A stretch of 64,000 nucleotides of DNA from a virus. How positions within the stretch are numbered: position 1 is the stretch's first letter; every line of letters starts with the position of its first letter. Both the position numbers and the translations under genes were made by a program. Shown here one piece after another: positions 9,679-19,076 of this stretch. The stretch covers positions 20,035-84,034 of the IMG/VR virus record IMGVR_UViG_3300025133_006890, one strand, 5' to 3'. The notes beneath the pieces were generated by a model. That model was given only the letters and a program-made list of their open reading frames with translations. It searched no databases and was not told the DNA's origin.

Positions 9679-10715
9679 AAGTTGCATTTTTAATAGATAA
9701 TCCACAGACTTTGCAAAGCATAGTTGGTCTGGTAGGCGAGTTTAGTCGTAATGGCCATGAGTGTGTAATCCACTGTACTTTTGATATGAATCACAATGAC
9801 CAGAATCTTGTTTCGTGGAAAGTATTTAGTCACAGAGGAACCTTGTTAAGTAAGTTCTTGAAGGAAAAAGACCAATATGACAAAACAATTGGGATTAACA
9901 TGTTCAATAACATTTGGTCAGACATGTATGAGAAAAACTCCAAAGATACATTTGCTGTAGAGTATTGTTGGAATGAGTTATATAACCACAAGAAAGACTT
10001 CAAAAGCAATACTACTTTGTTTACGAATACAGAGTGGTCTAGAGATTCCATAGTAAATTTGACGGAGTACGATAAAGTCAAGTTTCTTGGTAGCCCTTGG
10101 TTCGAGTTTATCTCCCAACATAAGTCAGAGAAAAGACAAGACTATATTGTGTTTATGGCGCCGCATAATAGCTATTTTCAAAAGTTTCCCCAAGTCGGCT
10201 CTTCGTTATTAGCATTCTTGAACAACCTAAAGGAACAAACAAACAAGATGGGCTTGAAGTTGGTTCTTAAGACTCGTAAGAAGTATGGTTCAAGGCTAAT
10301 AAGTCTTGGAACATTTGATGAGGTTGTCACAGATGAGAACCCATTCGACCACTTGAAGTTATACTCTCAGTCCCGTGGCGTGTTTCATTTCTGTTCGTCT
10401 GCTTTGATGGAGCTGGCTTTTCTTGAAGTTCCCAGCGTGTCAATGTACCCCGGACTACACAAAGCACTGCACGACACTGACAAGTTTGATGAACCTGTGA
10501 AACTAATTGCAGATCGTTATTATAGTGGAGATATTCATGACTCTAGACATTCTCACAGGATAGGGTATAATGAATATGCTGACTATGAACTACTCAAAAA
10601 CATTCTTGACAACTTGGGAAACGATAAAAATTGGAGTGCATATAAGTCAGCCCACTTCTCTGGAGATCATACCGGAGCCTCCAAGAGAATCATGGACCTT
10701 GTTACTAAATGCTAA
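9675..10715 (+). CDS. Putative GT-B fold transferase (CDP-glycerol phosphotransferase/sialyltransferase-like)
   Basis: LGSPWFE, SSALMELAFL.VP.V, C-terminal G.ASKRI.D.V pattern. Confidence 0.55.
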   Translation: MKVAFLIDNPQTLQSIVGLVGEFSRNGHECVIHCTFDMNHNDQNLVSWKVFSHRGTLLSKFLKEKDQYDKTIGINMFNNIWSDMYEKNSKDTFAVEYCWNELYNHKKDFKSNTTLFTNTEWSRDSIVNLTEYDKVKFLGSPWFEFISQHKSEKRQDYIVFMAPHNSYFQKFPQVGSSLLAFLNNLKEQTNKMGLKLVLKTRKKYGSRLISLGTFDEVVTDENPFDHLKLYSQSRGVFHFCSSALMELAFLEVPSVSMYPGLHKALHDTDKFDEPVKLIADRYYSGDIHDSRHSHRIGYNEYADYELLKNILDNLGNDKNWSAYKSAHFSGDHTGASKRIMDLVTKC

Positions 10716-11701
10716 TTGAAAAAATGCACATCAAAACAAACGCTTTATTAAACAAGTGTTTGAGGCCGAAGTCTGTTTACAACCAAGAGGGCCCTATTGA
10801 TAATTTTGCCGTCATCGAGCATATTAGGAATTTGTACGAATGTATGAATGATGTTCCTTGTGGTCCACCCTTTACTGTCGTTGTCCCTGAAATAAATGAA
10901 AATGATTATCAAAACAAGTTTCTCCAAGAAGTCCTTAATATTAAAAAGCTAATTAAGATGGACCCGCTGTATATTAAGGATATTTTGGTTCATGGAAGTA
11001 TTGCTACGCTAGACTATGTTGAGGGCTGGAGTGATTTAGATTTAATAATTGTTCTAGATGCAGATGCTCTAAAGAATGAGCACAGCTTTACTAGCGTTAG
11101 CCGCAAAATTAGAGATATAGATAATTGTATTCGTAGGTTTGATCCACTACAACACCACGGCGCCCATATTTTAATTCCTGATGATTTCGAGATGTATCCA
11201 AGCGTGTTTTTACCACCAGAGTTGTATAGTGAAGCGAAAAGTCTGATGGGAGAGTCTGAGTATGTTTTTTGGAAAGTGCCAAGTCACCAACAAGAACAAA
11301 ATAGGCTGACTGCAATATGCGATACATTTATTCGGGCTGAACATGATGGGCTCATGCGCCACCATTCACACTGGGGCGAATATCTCAAAGATAATTTCCA
11401 AAATGCTGATAATGGAATGTATCAGATGAAGTATTTCCTATCAGTCATAATGTTGTTACCATCTTTGTTCATGAACAGGCAGGGCGTGTATTGTACAAAG
11501 AAAGATTCGTTCAACCTATGCAGGCAACAAGTCAGCGCTGAGAATTATGATATTATTGATAGAGCTTCTGGCATAAGAAATATGTTTGCCCAACGCGCCA
11601 CCGCGAAAAACAATGAGATACCAAAGTGGCTCCAGAACGCGTTGGGAGAAAACTATTTCAGGCGTGCTTCCAGCCTAACGAAGGAGTTGATATTAAAATG
11701 A
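10709..11701 (+). CDS. Pol-beta-fold nucleotidyltransferase-domain protein
   Basis: LVHGSIATLDYVEGWSDLDLIIV (hGS...DxD). Confidence 0.75.
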   Translation: MLIEKMHIKTNALLNKCLRPKSVYNQEGPIDNFAVIEHIRNLYECMNDVPCGPPFTVVVPEINENDYQNKFLQEVLNIKKLIKMDPLYIKDILVHGSIATLDYVEGWSDLDLIIVLDADALKNEHSFTSVSRKIRDIDNCIRRFDPLQHHGAHILIPDDFEMYPSVFLPPELYSEAKSLMGESEYVFWKVPSHQQEQNRLTAICDTFIRAEHDGLMRHHSHWGEYLKDNFQNADNGMYQMKYFLSVIMLLPSLFMNRQGVYCTKKDSFNLCRQQVSAENYDIIDRASGIRNMFAQRATAKNNEIPKWLQNALGENYFRRASSLTKELILK

Positions 11702-12612
11702 ATCATTACGAAGACGTAATAGAAGAATTTTGCAAGGACAACCGAGATTTAGATATCTACCTCGCGGGCGAAGTATCTCACCCTGGTATCTCCGACTTAG
11801 ATTTTCTCGTGTTGGACGAGAAGCCAAAGATCTCCGAGCGGGTCAAGGAACATCTCAAAGGCGGCAACGTCATCATATTCCCCAGCCACTTGTTTCACAA
11901 GATTGACTACATTGAACAGTTCAATTTGAAGCTGCTGCAAGGACAGATTAGGGAACGAGAGAAGCCACCAGAGAAAGAGTTTAAGACAGTTGAAATCATA
12001 GAGTGGAGCCCTGAGCGCTTTCTTTACTCTAATAGCAAAAGGATAAATGATGACAATATTCACTTAGCAATCAAATCAGTTCGCAGGAGCGTTGATAACA
12101 CTCTGGAATATATATTGGAGCATCATAAAGGATTCGCTACGAAGGGGCAGAATGATTCATTTCTTCTATCAATCGACGATATTCGAAAGATAAGTTTAGA
12201 AGGGGTAAGCAAGCAGTTAGGTGTTCATCATTTTCTTTTGAGCAATCTTCTATGGACGTTTGAGTGTTACTTCGAAAGGTATTTCTCTCCGGAGACATTG
12301 ACAGGTGTTGTTTCTATCACTGATTATTACGACTTTTGTGTACTTCAGCCCGGCTGCTCATCTAGCGCTTTACACGGAAACATTAGATTTCTGCTAAACT
12401 ATTGGAAGTATCTGATCGAAAATGTTCCGTGTGAGCTATCAACCGAATTAAGTACGCGGTGTGACTTTCGTGATGACATACACCCGACAATTATCGACAA
12501 AGATTTTGAAGCGTTCATCGTTGAACGATGGAAGCTGTTGAACGAAGTGTTCGTATGGTTCAAGGACAAAGGATTCAAAAAGGGGATGATTAAATATGGC
12601 TGGTTTGTTTGA
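11698..12612 (+). CDS. Pol-beta-fold nucleotidyltransferase-domain protein
   Basis: IYLAGEVSHPGISDLDFLV; start moved to ATG 11698 overlapping the upstream stop (ATGA). Confidence 0.65.
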   Translation: MNHYEDVIEEFCKDNRDLDIYLAGEVSHPGISDLDFLVLDEKPKISERVKEHLKGGNVIIFPSHLFHKIDYIEQFNLKLLQGQIREREKPPEKEFKTVEIIEWSPERFLYSNSKRINDDNIHLAIKSVRRSVDNTLEYILEHHKGFATKGQNDSFLLSIDDIRKISLEGVSKQLGVHHFLLSNLLWTFECYFERYFSPETLTGVVSITDYYDFCVLQPGCSSSALHGNIRFLLNYWKYLIENVPCELSTELSTRCDFRDDIHPTIIDKDFEAFIVERWKLLNEVFVWFKDKGFKKGMIKYGWFV

Positions 12613-13801
12613 CACCGAGGTATTGGTTGTTCATTGTGTAGACACTGAAGGTCCAATCGGCGGCGATGTCCGACGAAACCCCGACGGTTCAAAAGAATTT
12701 ATGGACAACTGGGAAGACATCTCAGAATCCTTGGATGAGATCACCAGTTATGAGTTCCGCAACGAGAATCGTGATTCGGCTGGCTATCGATACAAATATA
12801 ATTGGTTCATCATGGACTTTATGGGATTCAAAACTAACCCTAAGAACCGAGTCCAAGCTTACCACGATACATACGATCACATAAAGGCCCTTAACACAGC
12901 CGAGGACGCGTTTGAGTGGCATTATCACCACCCTAACGCTGAAGGCGTAGGCGACCAGTGGAGCGACGACTGGCGCACCTCACAGGAGTATTTACAGATT
13001 CTAGGCAGGCGCCTGTTGGAGAGAAACGATTTCCCTTCGGTTTACAGAGCGGGTGGCACTATTGAAGACAATAGGTGTTCACATTGGCTAGAAGAAAATA
13101 TGATGATTGATTACAGCAATAGGGCATCCGATCAATCATTTGAAACTGATAATATATTTGATTTCAACTGGTATGGTGCGCCAGATCACTGGGGCTATTA
13201 TCATCCATCGTGGAAGGACTTTACAAAACCTGGAAATATGGATCGATACATTGTCCGGTGCGTTGATTTAAAATCTAGGTTACACGAGTTATCACAAGAA
13301 GATGTAAATTTGGCCTTTTTTGAAGCTAAGTTCTTTAAGCGACCGGTCATTTTATCTTATTTTAGCCACGATCATAGAGATATGAGAGAAGAAACGAGAC
13401 ATGCCATCTCTATGATCAAGAAGGCAAGCGCAGAATATGGTGTTAGATTCCGGTGGTCAAGTGCGGTTGATGCACTATCCCGCGCCGCAAGCTTATATCC
13501 TATGCCCGGAATTCAGTCTGCGCTAATAGATCTGAAGAAGACAGAGAATGATTCTGTGTTGATTAATTTTTCTGATTTTGTCTATCAAGAGCGACCTTTT
13601 GTGTTTACTCTTGACAAGGATAATAATGTTGAGTATCATGGCAATGTCTGGATTAATTGGACTGGAAATGGATTTCATACAGATTCAAGTGCACAACATG
13701 TCGGTTCAGCTAGGCTTAAAACATCAAAGAGACATAGTAGAATAGGTGTTGCGGCCCATGCGTGGTCTGGACACGCCAGATGGAAGGTAATGGATTTATA
13801 A
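12596..13801 (+). CDS. Polysaccharide-deacetylase-like (NodB/CE4 fold) protein
   Basis: HCVDTEG, WHYHH, YRAGG, MIDYS, FSHD. Confidence 0.55.
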   Translation: MAGLFDTEVLVVHCVDTEGPIGGDVRRNPDGSKEFMDNWEDISESLDEITSYEFRNENRDSAGYRYKYNWFIMDFMGFKTNPKNRVQAYHDTYDHIKALNTAEDAFEWHYHHPNAEGVGDQWSDDWRTSQEYLQILGRRLLERNDFPSVYRAGGTIEDNRCSHWLEENMMIDYSNRASDQSFETDNIFDFNWYGAPDHWGYYHPSWKDFTKPGNMDRYIVRCVDLKSRLHELSQEDVNLAFFEAKFFKRPVILSYFSHDHRDMREETRHAISMIKKASAEYGVRFRWSSAVDALSRAASLYPMPGIQSALIDLKKTENDSVLINFSDFVYQERPFVFTLDKDNNVEYHGNVWINWTGNGFHTDSSAQHVGSARLKTSKRHSRIGVAAHAWSGHARWKVMDL

Positions 13802-14394
13802 TGTATATTGTGTGTATCATACCAGCGAGAGGCGGAAGCAAGAGACTCCCGAGAAAGAACATTCTTCCAGTTCTTGGAAAGCCCATGATCGGCTGGACGA
13901 TTGAAGCGGCCATGGGAAGTAGATACCTGAACAGGGACAACATATTTGTTTCATCAGAGGACACCGGAATACTTTTCGTTGCACAAAAATATGACACACG
14001 ATACTTTCTGCGCTCTGCCGAGTTGGCTGGAGACAACATTTGGACGCAAGATGTTCTCAAGGATTTTGTACAAAATCTTGTTAACGTCAACATAACGACA
14101 GAATCAAAGCCATATATGCCAGACATTGTTGTCCGCTTACAGGCCAACTCTCCACAGATTGAGCCCGAGAAAGTCGATGAATGTATTGACAAATTGTTAC
14201 AAAATGATTTATGGGAAGTATTTACCGTAGATCAAAACGGGATTGAAGATGGCGCAATCCATGTTATGCGCGGTAAGTGTGTGTTCCAAGAAGCGCTGAG
14301 CGTCTATAAGGCCGTGGTAACTACAGATTATATTGATGTGCACACAAAAGAGGATTTAAAAAATGCCGAAGAAAAAATTAAAAAAAGAGACTGA
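13801..14394 (+). CDS. neuA: CMP-nonulosonic acid synthetase (acylneuraminate cytidylyltransferase)
   Basis: IIPARGGSKRLPRKNI...GKPMI.WTI; RLQANSP; DYIDVHT.ED. Confidence 0.9.
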   Translation: MYIVCIIPARGGSKRLPRKNILPVLGKPMIGWTIEAAMGSRYLNRDNIFVSSEDTGILFVAQKYDTRYFLRSAELAGDNIWTQDVLKDFVQNLVNVNITTESKPYMPDIVVRLQANSPQIEPEKVDECIDKLLQNDLWEVFTVDQNGIEDGAIHVMRGKCVFQEALSVYKAVVTTDYIDVHTKEDLKNAEEKIKKRD

Positions 14395-15001
14395 TGTTCC
14401 AAAAGTGAAGAAGGAACGAAAGAAAAAAGAAGAAAAGAGAACCAAAGTGGATCGCAACATTCTGTACGAGTTGGAGCGCAAGATGGTGAGTTTTCTTAGA
14501 ACCAAGCATGGCGGCCAGCTTTGGCACTGGTCTATCGCGGTTCCATTGGTCGACACCAGATGGAAATCGATATTGGATGCCAGTCCTGAACTTTTAGAAA
14601 AGCTGGAAACGAATAATGGTAAGCTTAGTGTGTTGTCGTTGGGATGTGGGTTTTGTATGCATTGGCCTCTGTTTCAAGAATATGGTGTCAAGAAGTTTGT
14701 TGGTGTTGATTTGTTTGAATTGAGAAATGTAGATACTGGCCATGACTTACAGAAGACTACTCAAAATTTAGTTGATACTTTCTGCCAAAAGTCTAATACT
14801 AAATTATTTGAGGGAGATGTGAGAAATATTGATGAGCTTATGTCAAAGAATGGAAAGAAATCAAAGAAAAAGTTTGATATAGTTGTTGCTGCCACAGTCG
14901 ATTATAAAAAACTTGGTTCTACTGGAATCTCAAAAGAATTGTTTGATTCTATTAGTGACAAATATTTGAAGAAAAATGGGCTAGCGATTTATGTGCCTTA
15001 A
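14363..15001 (+). CDS. Putative SAM-dependent methyltransferase with Lys-rich N-terminus
   Basis: VLSLGCG, FVGVD, GDV, KFDIV, LKKNG. Confidence 0.65.
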   Translation: MPKKKLKKETDVPKVKKERKKKEEKRTKVDRNILYELERKMVSFLRTKHGGQLWHWSIAVPLVDTRWKSILDASPELLEKLETNNGKLSVLSLGCGFCMHWPLFQEYGVKKFVGVDLFELRNVDTGHDLQKTTQNLVDTFCQKSNTKLFEGDVRNIDELMSKNGKKSKKKFDIVVAATVDYKKLGSTGISKELFDSISDKYLKKNGLAIYVP

Positions 15002-15644
15002 AATAAGCGTCATTATAACTTGCTATAACCTTGAAAAATATATAGCAAGAGCAATAGGCAGTTGTCTAAATCAATCTTTGGATTCATCGGCCTATGAAAT
15101 CATTGTTGTTGATGATGCCTCAACAGATTCTAGTTGGGAAATAATTCAATCGTATGGTGGTTTGTTGACTCCTGTGCGGCACATTAAGAATTCGGGAGTC
15201 GCCGCCGCGTCTAATACTGGAATTGCAGAAGCAAAAGGGAGATATATCGTTAGAGTAGATGGCGATGATTTTATTAATCGCAACTTTTTGTACACCATGA
15301 GCGAGATATTGGAGTGGAATGCGGATATTGGATTTGTTTATTGCGATCATATCGTTGTTAAAGAAGACATGACAAGGAAGTTTTCAATCAATACTCTGGA
15401 CAAACTTCTTAATCACGGAGCAGGAGTCATGTTTCGAAAGGAATATCTTGAAGCCATCGGCCTCTACAAAGAAGAGTTAAAGAATTGTGAGGACTATGAT
15501 TTAATACTAAGATACATCAAGAACTTTGATGGCTACAGGTTAAGGCTCCCATATTATCGGTATTTTAAGAGAGAGGGTAGCCTGTCTACACAACTAGAAG
15601 AAAGATTAAGAATTATAAAAGGTATCAATGATGGGGAAATTTAA
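14991..15644 (+). CDS. GT2 glycosyltransferase
   Basis: ISVIITCYN, IIVVDDASTD, N.G.AAASN.GI, RVDGDD, EDYDL. Confidence 0.92.
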   Translation: MCLKISVIITCYNLEKYIARAIGSCLNQSLDSSAYEIIVVDDASTDSSWEIIQSYGGLLTPVRHIKNSGVAAASNTGIAEAKGRYIVRVDGDDFINRNFLYTMSEILEWNADIGFVYCDHIVVKEDMTRKFSINTLDKLLNHGAGVMFRKEYLEAIGLYKEELKNCEDYDLILRYIKNFDGYRLRLPYYRYFKREGSLSTQLEERLRIIKGINDGEI

Positions 15645-16713
15645 GAACGTTGATGGGTTGTGGAGTTATTTGAAGTCTGGCAGGCCATATGTTATTGCTG
15701 AAGCTGGTGTAAATCATTTAGGATCAATTGAGCTTGGCGAGCGGTTAATCTCCAAGGCTAAGTATGCAGGCGCAGATGCAATCAAATTTCAGTCGTACAA
15801 GGCAAAGACCTTGTGTACGAAGAACGCTCCAAGATTTTGGGATTGGGAGGGAGAAGAGAAGCAAGATGGTTCTCAATTTGATTCATATTCTAGCTTGGAT
15901 TCGTTTGGACACGACGAACATAAAGAACTAAGGGACATTTGTGACGCTTATGATATTGATTTCATGTCAACGCCGTTCGATTTTGAGGCTGTCGAGTATC
16001 TTCATGAGTTGGGCATGTTGGCGTACAAGGTTGCGTCGTGTGATATTAACAACTTTCCGCTATTAGAACGAATCGCCCAAAAGAACAAAATTGTGATGTT
16101 ATCCACAGGCGCGTCTATTATGGAGGAGATCCAGAGAGCTGTCGCCGTTTTAGAACAATATACAAGTAAAATTGTTATCATGCATTGCAATTTGGTATAT
16201 CCTACGAAGGATCAAGACGCCAACCTTAGAATGATCAACCATATCAAGGAAGAATTTGGCAAGCGATACGTTATTGGCCTGTCGGATCACACAATGACTT
16301 TGAACTCGCCATCCATTGCGTATGCTTTGGGAGCCAATGTGGTTGAAAGGCACTTTACAGTTGATAAAACTCTTGAGAAGAGTGCAGACCACTGGCTGTC
16401 CGCCGACCCGGAGGAGCTAAAAGAGATAATAAGGCAGATTAACAACGTTGATATTCTTATGGGTAAATACGACAAGAAAATCTGTACAGATCCTGAACTA
16501 CGAGCACGCGCCAACGCCCGAAGATCAATAGTGGCTTTCAGAGATATACAGGCGGGCGAGGTTTTAACCCTTGAAAATATTTCATGTAAACGCCCCGGCT
16601 ATGGATTGAGTCCAACATTGTTTGGTTTAACACTTGGACACAAGACAACCAGAGATATTAAAGAAGATGAACTCCTTAAAATTTCTGACATTCAGGGAGG
16701 ATTGCTATTATGA
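15628..16713 (+). CDS. neuB: Nonulosonic acid synthase (NeuB/SpsE family) with SAF domain
   Basis: IAEAGVNH.G, GADAIKFQ, STPFD, KVAS, LSTG, MHC..YP, GLSDHT, ERHFT, ARRS, KRPG.G. Confidence 0.95.
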   Translation: MMGKFKNVDGLWSYLKSGRPYVIAEAGVNHLGSIELGERLISKAKYAGADAIKFQSYKAKTLCTKNAPRFWDWEGEEKQDGSQFDSYSSLDSFGHDEHKELRDICDAYDIDFMSTPFDFEAVEYLHELGMLAYKVASCDINNFPLLERIAQKNKIVMLSTGASIMEEIQRAVAVLEQYTSKIVIMHCNLVYPTKDQDANLRMINHIKEEFGKRYVIGLSDHTMTLNSPSIAYALGANVVERHFTVDKTLEKSADHWLSADPEELKEIIRQINNVDILMGKYDKKICTDPELRARANARRSIVAFRDIQAGEVLTLENISCKRPGYGLSPTLFGLTLGHKTTRDIKEDELLKISDIQGGLLL

Positions 16714-17579
16714 GTAGGTGTTTGGTAACTGGGCATTTAGGCTTTATTGGAAGTCACTTATTTGAAAAGCTTAAAGAAGATGGTCATGATGTTGTTGGTA
16801 TTGACTTTAAGCATAATAAAGAATATGACATATTGGAAGTCTTTTCTGATGTTGATCGAGGACTGAAATATTGTGGAGGAATAAGAGGCAAGCCGGATTA
16901 TATTTTTCACATGGCGTGCATCCCACGTATTGGATATTCAATTGAAAATCCCGTTGAGACTATGAGAAATAATATTCTAAGCACATCATACATGTTGGAC
17001 TTTGCTACGACAACGGGAGTTAAGAGGTTTATTTATTCTAGTTCATCTTCTGTTATAGGTAATGGCGATGGCCCAACCAGCCCATACGCACTACAGAAAG
17101 CTACTTCCGAGAAAGAGGTTGAGTTGTGGTGCAGTTTATATGGTTTGGACGCCATATCGCTAAGATACTTCAACGTATATCACAAGGAACAGCCAGCAGA
17201 TGGATCATATGCTACTGCGGTTGCAGCATGGATGAGTTGTATCAAAGAGGGCCGTGATCCATTTATCACCGGAACAGGCAACCAACGACGAGATATGTTA
17301 CACGTTAGTGATGCAGTACGAGCCAATATTATGGCCATGGAACACGATGGCCCATTCAAAGGGGAACACTTCGACATTGGGACAGGCAAAAACATTTCAC
17401 TAAACGAGCTAAGAATGCTCCTTCTCAGACAACATACAGGTGTTGAATTTGATTATAAACCTTCACGACCAAACGAAGTACAAGAAACTAAAGCAGATAT
17501 TAAATCAGCCAAAAAGGGTTTGGGCTTCGAAACTTTAGTTTCAATCAAAAAGGGTGTTGAGGAGTGTTTTAAGAAATGA
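16710..17579 (+). CDS. NAD-dependent nucleotide-sugar epimerase/dehydratase
   Basis: LVTGHLGFIGSH, SSSS, SPYALQK, LRYFNVY, G.G.QRRD. Confidence 0.9.
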   Translation: MSRCLVTGHLGFIGSHLFEKLKEDGHDVVGIDFKHNKEYDILEVFSDVDRGLKYCGGIRGKPDYIFHMACIPRIGYSIENPVETMRNNILSTSYMLDFATTTGVKRFIYSSSSSVIGNGDGPTSPYALQKATSEKEVELWCSLYGLDAISLRYFNVYHKEQPADGSYATAVAAWMSCIKEGRDPFITGTGNQRRDMLHVSDAVRANIMAMEHDGPFKGEHFDIGTGKNISLNELRMLLLRQHTGVEFDYKPSRPNEVQETKADIKSAKKGLGFETLVSIKKGVEECFKK

Positions 17580-18016
17580 AGTTAATTGCCCACCGTGGGA
17601 ACATGAATGGTCCTAATCCCGAACGGGAAAATACTGTAAGTTATATTGTTGAGGCTATTACGCTAGGATATGATGTTGAGGTTGACGTTTGGTATGACCC
17701 AGAGAGGGACATTTTTCAACTAGGACACGACAAGCCAGACGAAATAGTCACAGCTGCATTTCTCAAAAGTCCACAGATTTGGTGTCACGCCAAAGATATT
17801 GTCACCCTTAGAATGTTACATACACGAGGCACTCACTGCTTTATTCATGACATTGACCCAGCCACCCTGACTTCGGATAACCATATATGGATATATCCTG
17901 GTATGGAGTTGGTCCCAGATTCAATTTGTGTATTACCAGAACTGGGATATAACGGCGAAATAAAACGATGTTACGGCATCTGTAGCGATTATGTTACTAA
18001 TTATACACACTTATGA
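17576..18016 (+). CDS. Glycerophosphodiester phosphodiesterase-like small protein
   Basis: LIAHRG, EN, DVEVDV, GHD, GICSD. Confidence 0.75.
   Translation: MKLIAHRGNMNGPNPERENTVSYIVEAITLGYDVEVDVWYDPERDIFQLGHDKPDEIVTAAFLKSPQIWCHAKDIVTLRMLHTRGTHCFIHDIDPATLTSDNHIWIYPGMELVPDSICVLPELGYNGEIKRCYGICSDYVTNYTHL
17996..18005 (+). promoter_or_regulatory. Putative phage late promoter (ACTAATTATA)
   Basis: Matches the recurrent TAATTA motif; followed by AAAGGAG SD and ATG 18033. Confidence 0.5.
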
Positions 18017-18032
18017 TGATAAAGGAGAAAAA

Positions 18033-18227
18033 ATGAAATTATCAATTCAAGCGCTTAACGTTCTAATGATGGCGTTACAGAAGTCTTTGCTAGAGCAGAG
18101 CGACATTGTTCCGGTCTTGCAGGGATTTGAGTTTGTGGAAACAGAGGAAGGGCTCTGGATTAAGAATCCTCCTATCGTTAGGACCACGAAAGCGATTCCA
18201 GTTGAAGAGCTACAGGCAGCAGATTAG
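18033..18227 (+). CDS. Hypothetical protein (64 aa)
   Basis: Strong SD (AAAGGAG) before ATG 18033; MKLSIQALNVLMMALQKSLLEQ. Confidence 0.75.
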   Translation: MKLSIQALNVLMMALQKSLLEQSDIVPVLQGFEFVETEEGLWIKNPPIVRTTKAIPVEELQAAD

Positions 18228-18514
18228 TGAACTATAATCCAGAAATCGGACAGAAATTTAGAATTATTTATGGTTATAAAGAGTGGGAAGATGAGGTCGT
18301 CGTTTATGAAACAAAATCTTACCATGCGCCTAATTCCCACGGTCGGGGATTCTATTTTAAATCTCTGAAGACTGGCCAAAAAGGCGGAGCATTTATGGAT
18401 AACGGATCCAGTTGTAAGTATGCTAATTGGCATAACGCTAGTTGGGGCTGTTGGTCACACGATCATCCAGTAACTGGAAGCTGGCCAGTCTCAAAGTTGG
18501 AGTTAATTGAATAA
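18227..18514 (+). CDS. Hypothetical protein
   Basis: GTG start overlapping the upstream stop; fills the gap exactly. Confidence 0.65.
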   Translation: MNYNPEIGQKFRIIYGYKEWEDEVVVYETKSYHAPNSHGRGFYFKSLKTGQKGGAFMDNGSSCKYANWHNASWGCWSHDHPVTGSWPVSKLELIE

Positions 18515-18753
18515 TGCCAAAATACACATATAAATGCACCAAGTGTAACATAGAGTTCGAAGCTATTCATTCGATGAGCGAGGAGTTGGAAGATTGCTCG
18601 ACTTGTCTGGCAGAGAATTCTCTTCAAAAAGTTCCTCAATTTGGATTTATCTTCAAAAAGAAGAACAAAGCTGGTAAGATTGTAACAGAGAATATTTCAG
18701 AGGCCAAGCGAGAACTAGAGGCCATGAAACAAGAAATGAGGAAAAAAATATAA
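18514..18753 (+). CDS. FmdB-family zinc-ribbon protein
   Basis: MP.Y.Y.CTKC...FE...CSTC. Confidence 0.85.
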   Translation: MPKYTYKCTKCNIEFEAIHSMSEELEDCSTCLAENSLQKVPQFGFIFKKKNKAGKIVTENISEAKRELEAMKQEMRKKI

Positions 18754-19076
18754 TGTTGTGGATATTGGGAATAGCACTTGGTGGATCAATCATCATGAAT
18801 GTTGTGGTATTGGCTGGTCTGTATGGAGTACACCAGAAAACAAAATCATTCATTGATTATGTGAATATTATAAATATTGATTTGGAGGATTTTGTAGATC
18901 ATCTGGAATATGTCCATGGACTTGAGAGATATTACGGCGACGAGACTTTGATAGAGTTGATTCAACACGTTGAGGTGTTAGCAAAAGATGTCAGAATGCT
19001 GCTAGAAACGGGCATAAACGCTGACGAGGAGATGGCAGTACGTGACAAAGAAGAACAGAAGACGGAAGAGGACTAA
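18753..19076 (+). CDS. Hypothetical membrane-anchored protein
   Basis: N-terminal hydrophobic helix; YYGDETL..L..H. Confidence 0.7.
   Translation: MLWILGIALGGSIIMNVVVLAGLYGVHQKTKSFIDYVNIINIDLEDFVDHLEYVHGLERYYGDETLIELIQHVEVLAKDVRMLLETGINADEEMAVRDKEEQKTEED

Noticed and set aside
10709-12612. Pol-beta NTases as CBASS/CD-NTase or MNT-HEPN toxin-antitoxin
   Set aside because: No effector, Cap or HEPN partner seen; the genes are translationally coupled within a glycan operon
1-18016. Glycan cluster as host chromosomal DNA flanking a prophage
   Set aside because: Continuous coupling, same strand and similar composition into the phage genes; no att site or integrase; no membrane export genes typical of bacterial O-antigen or capsule loci
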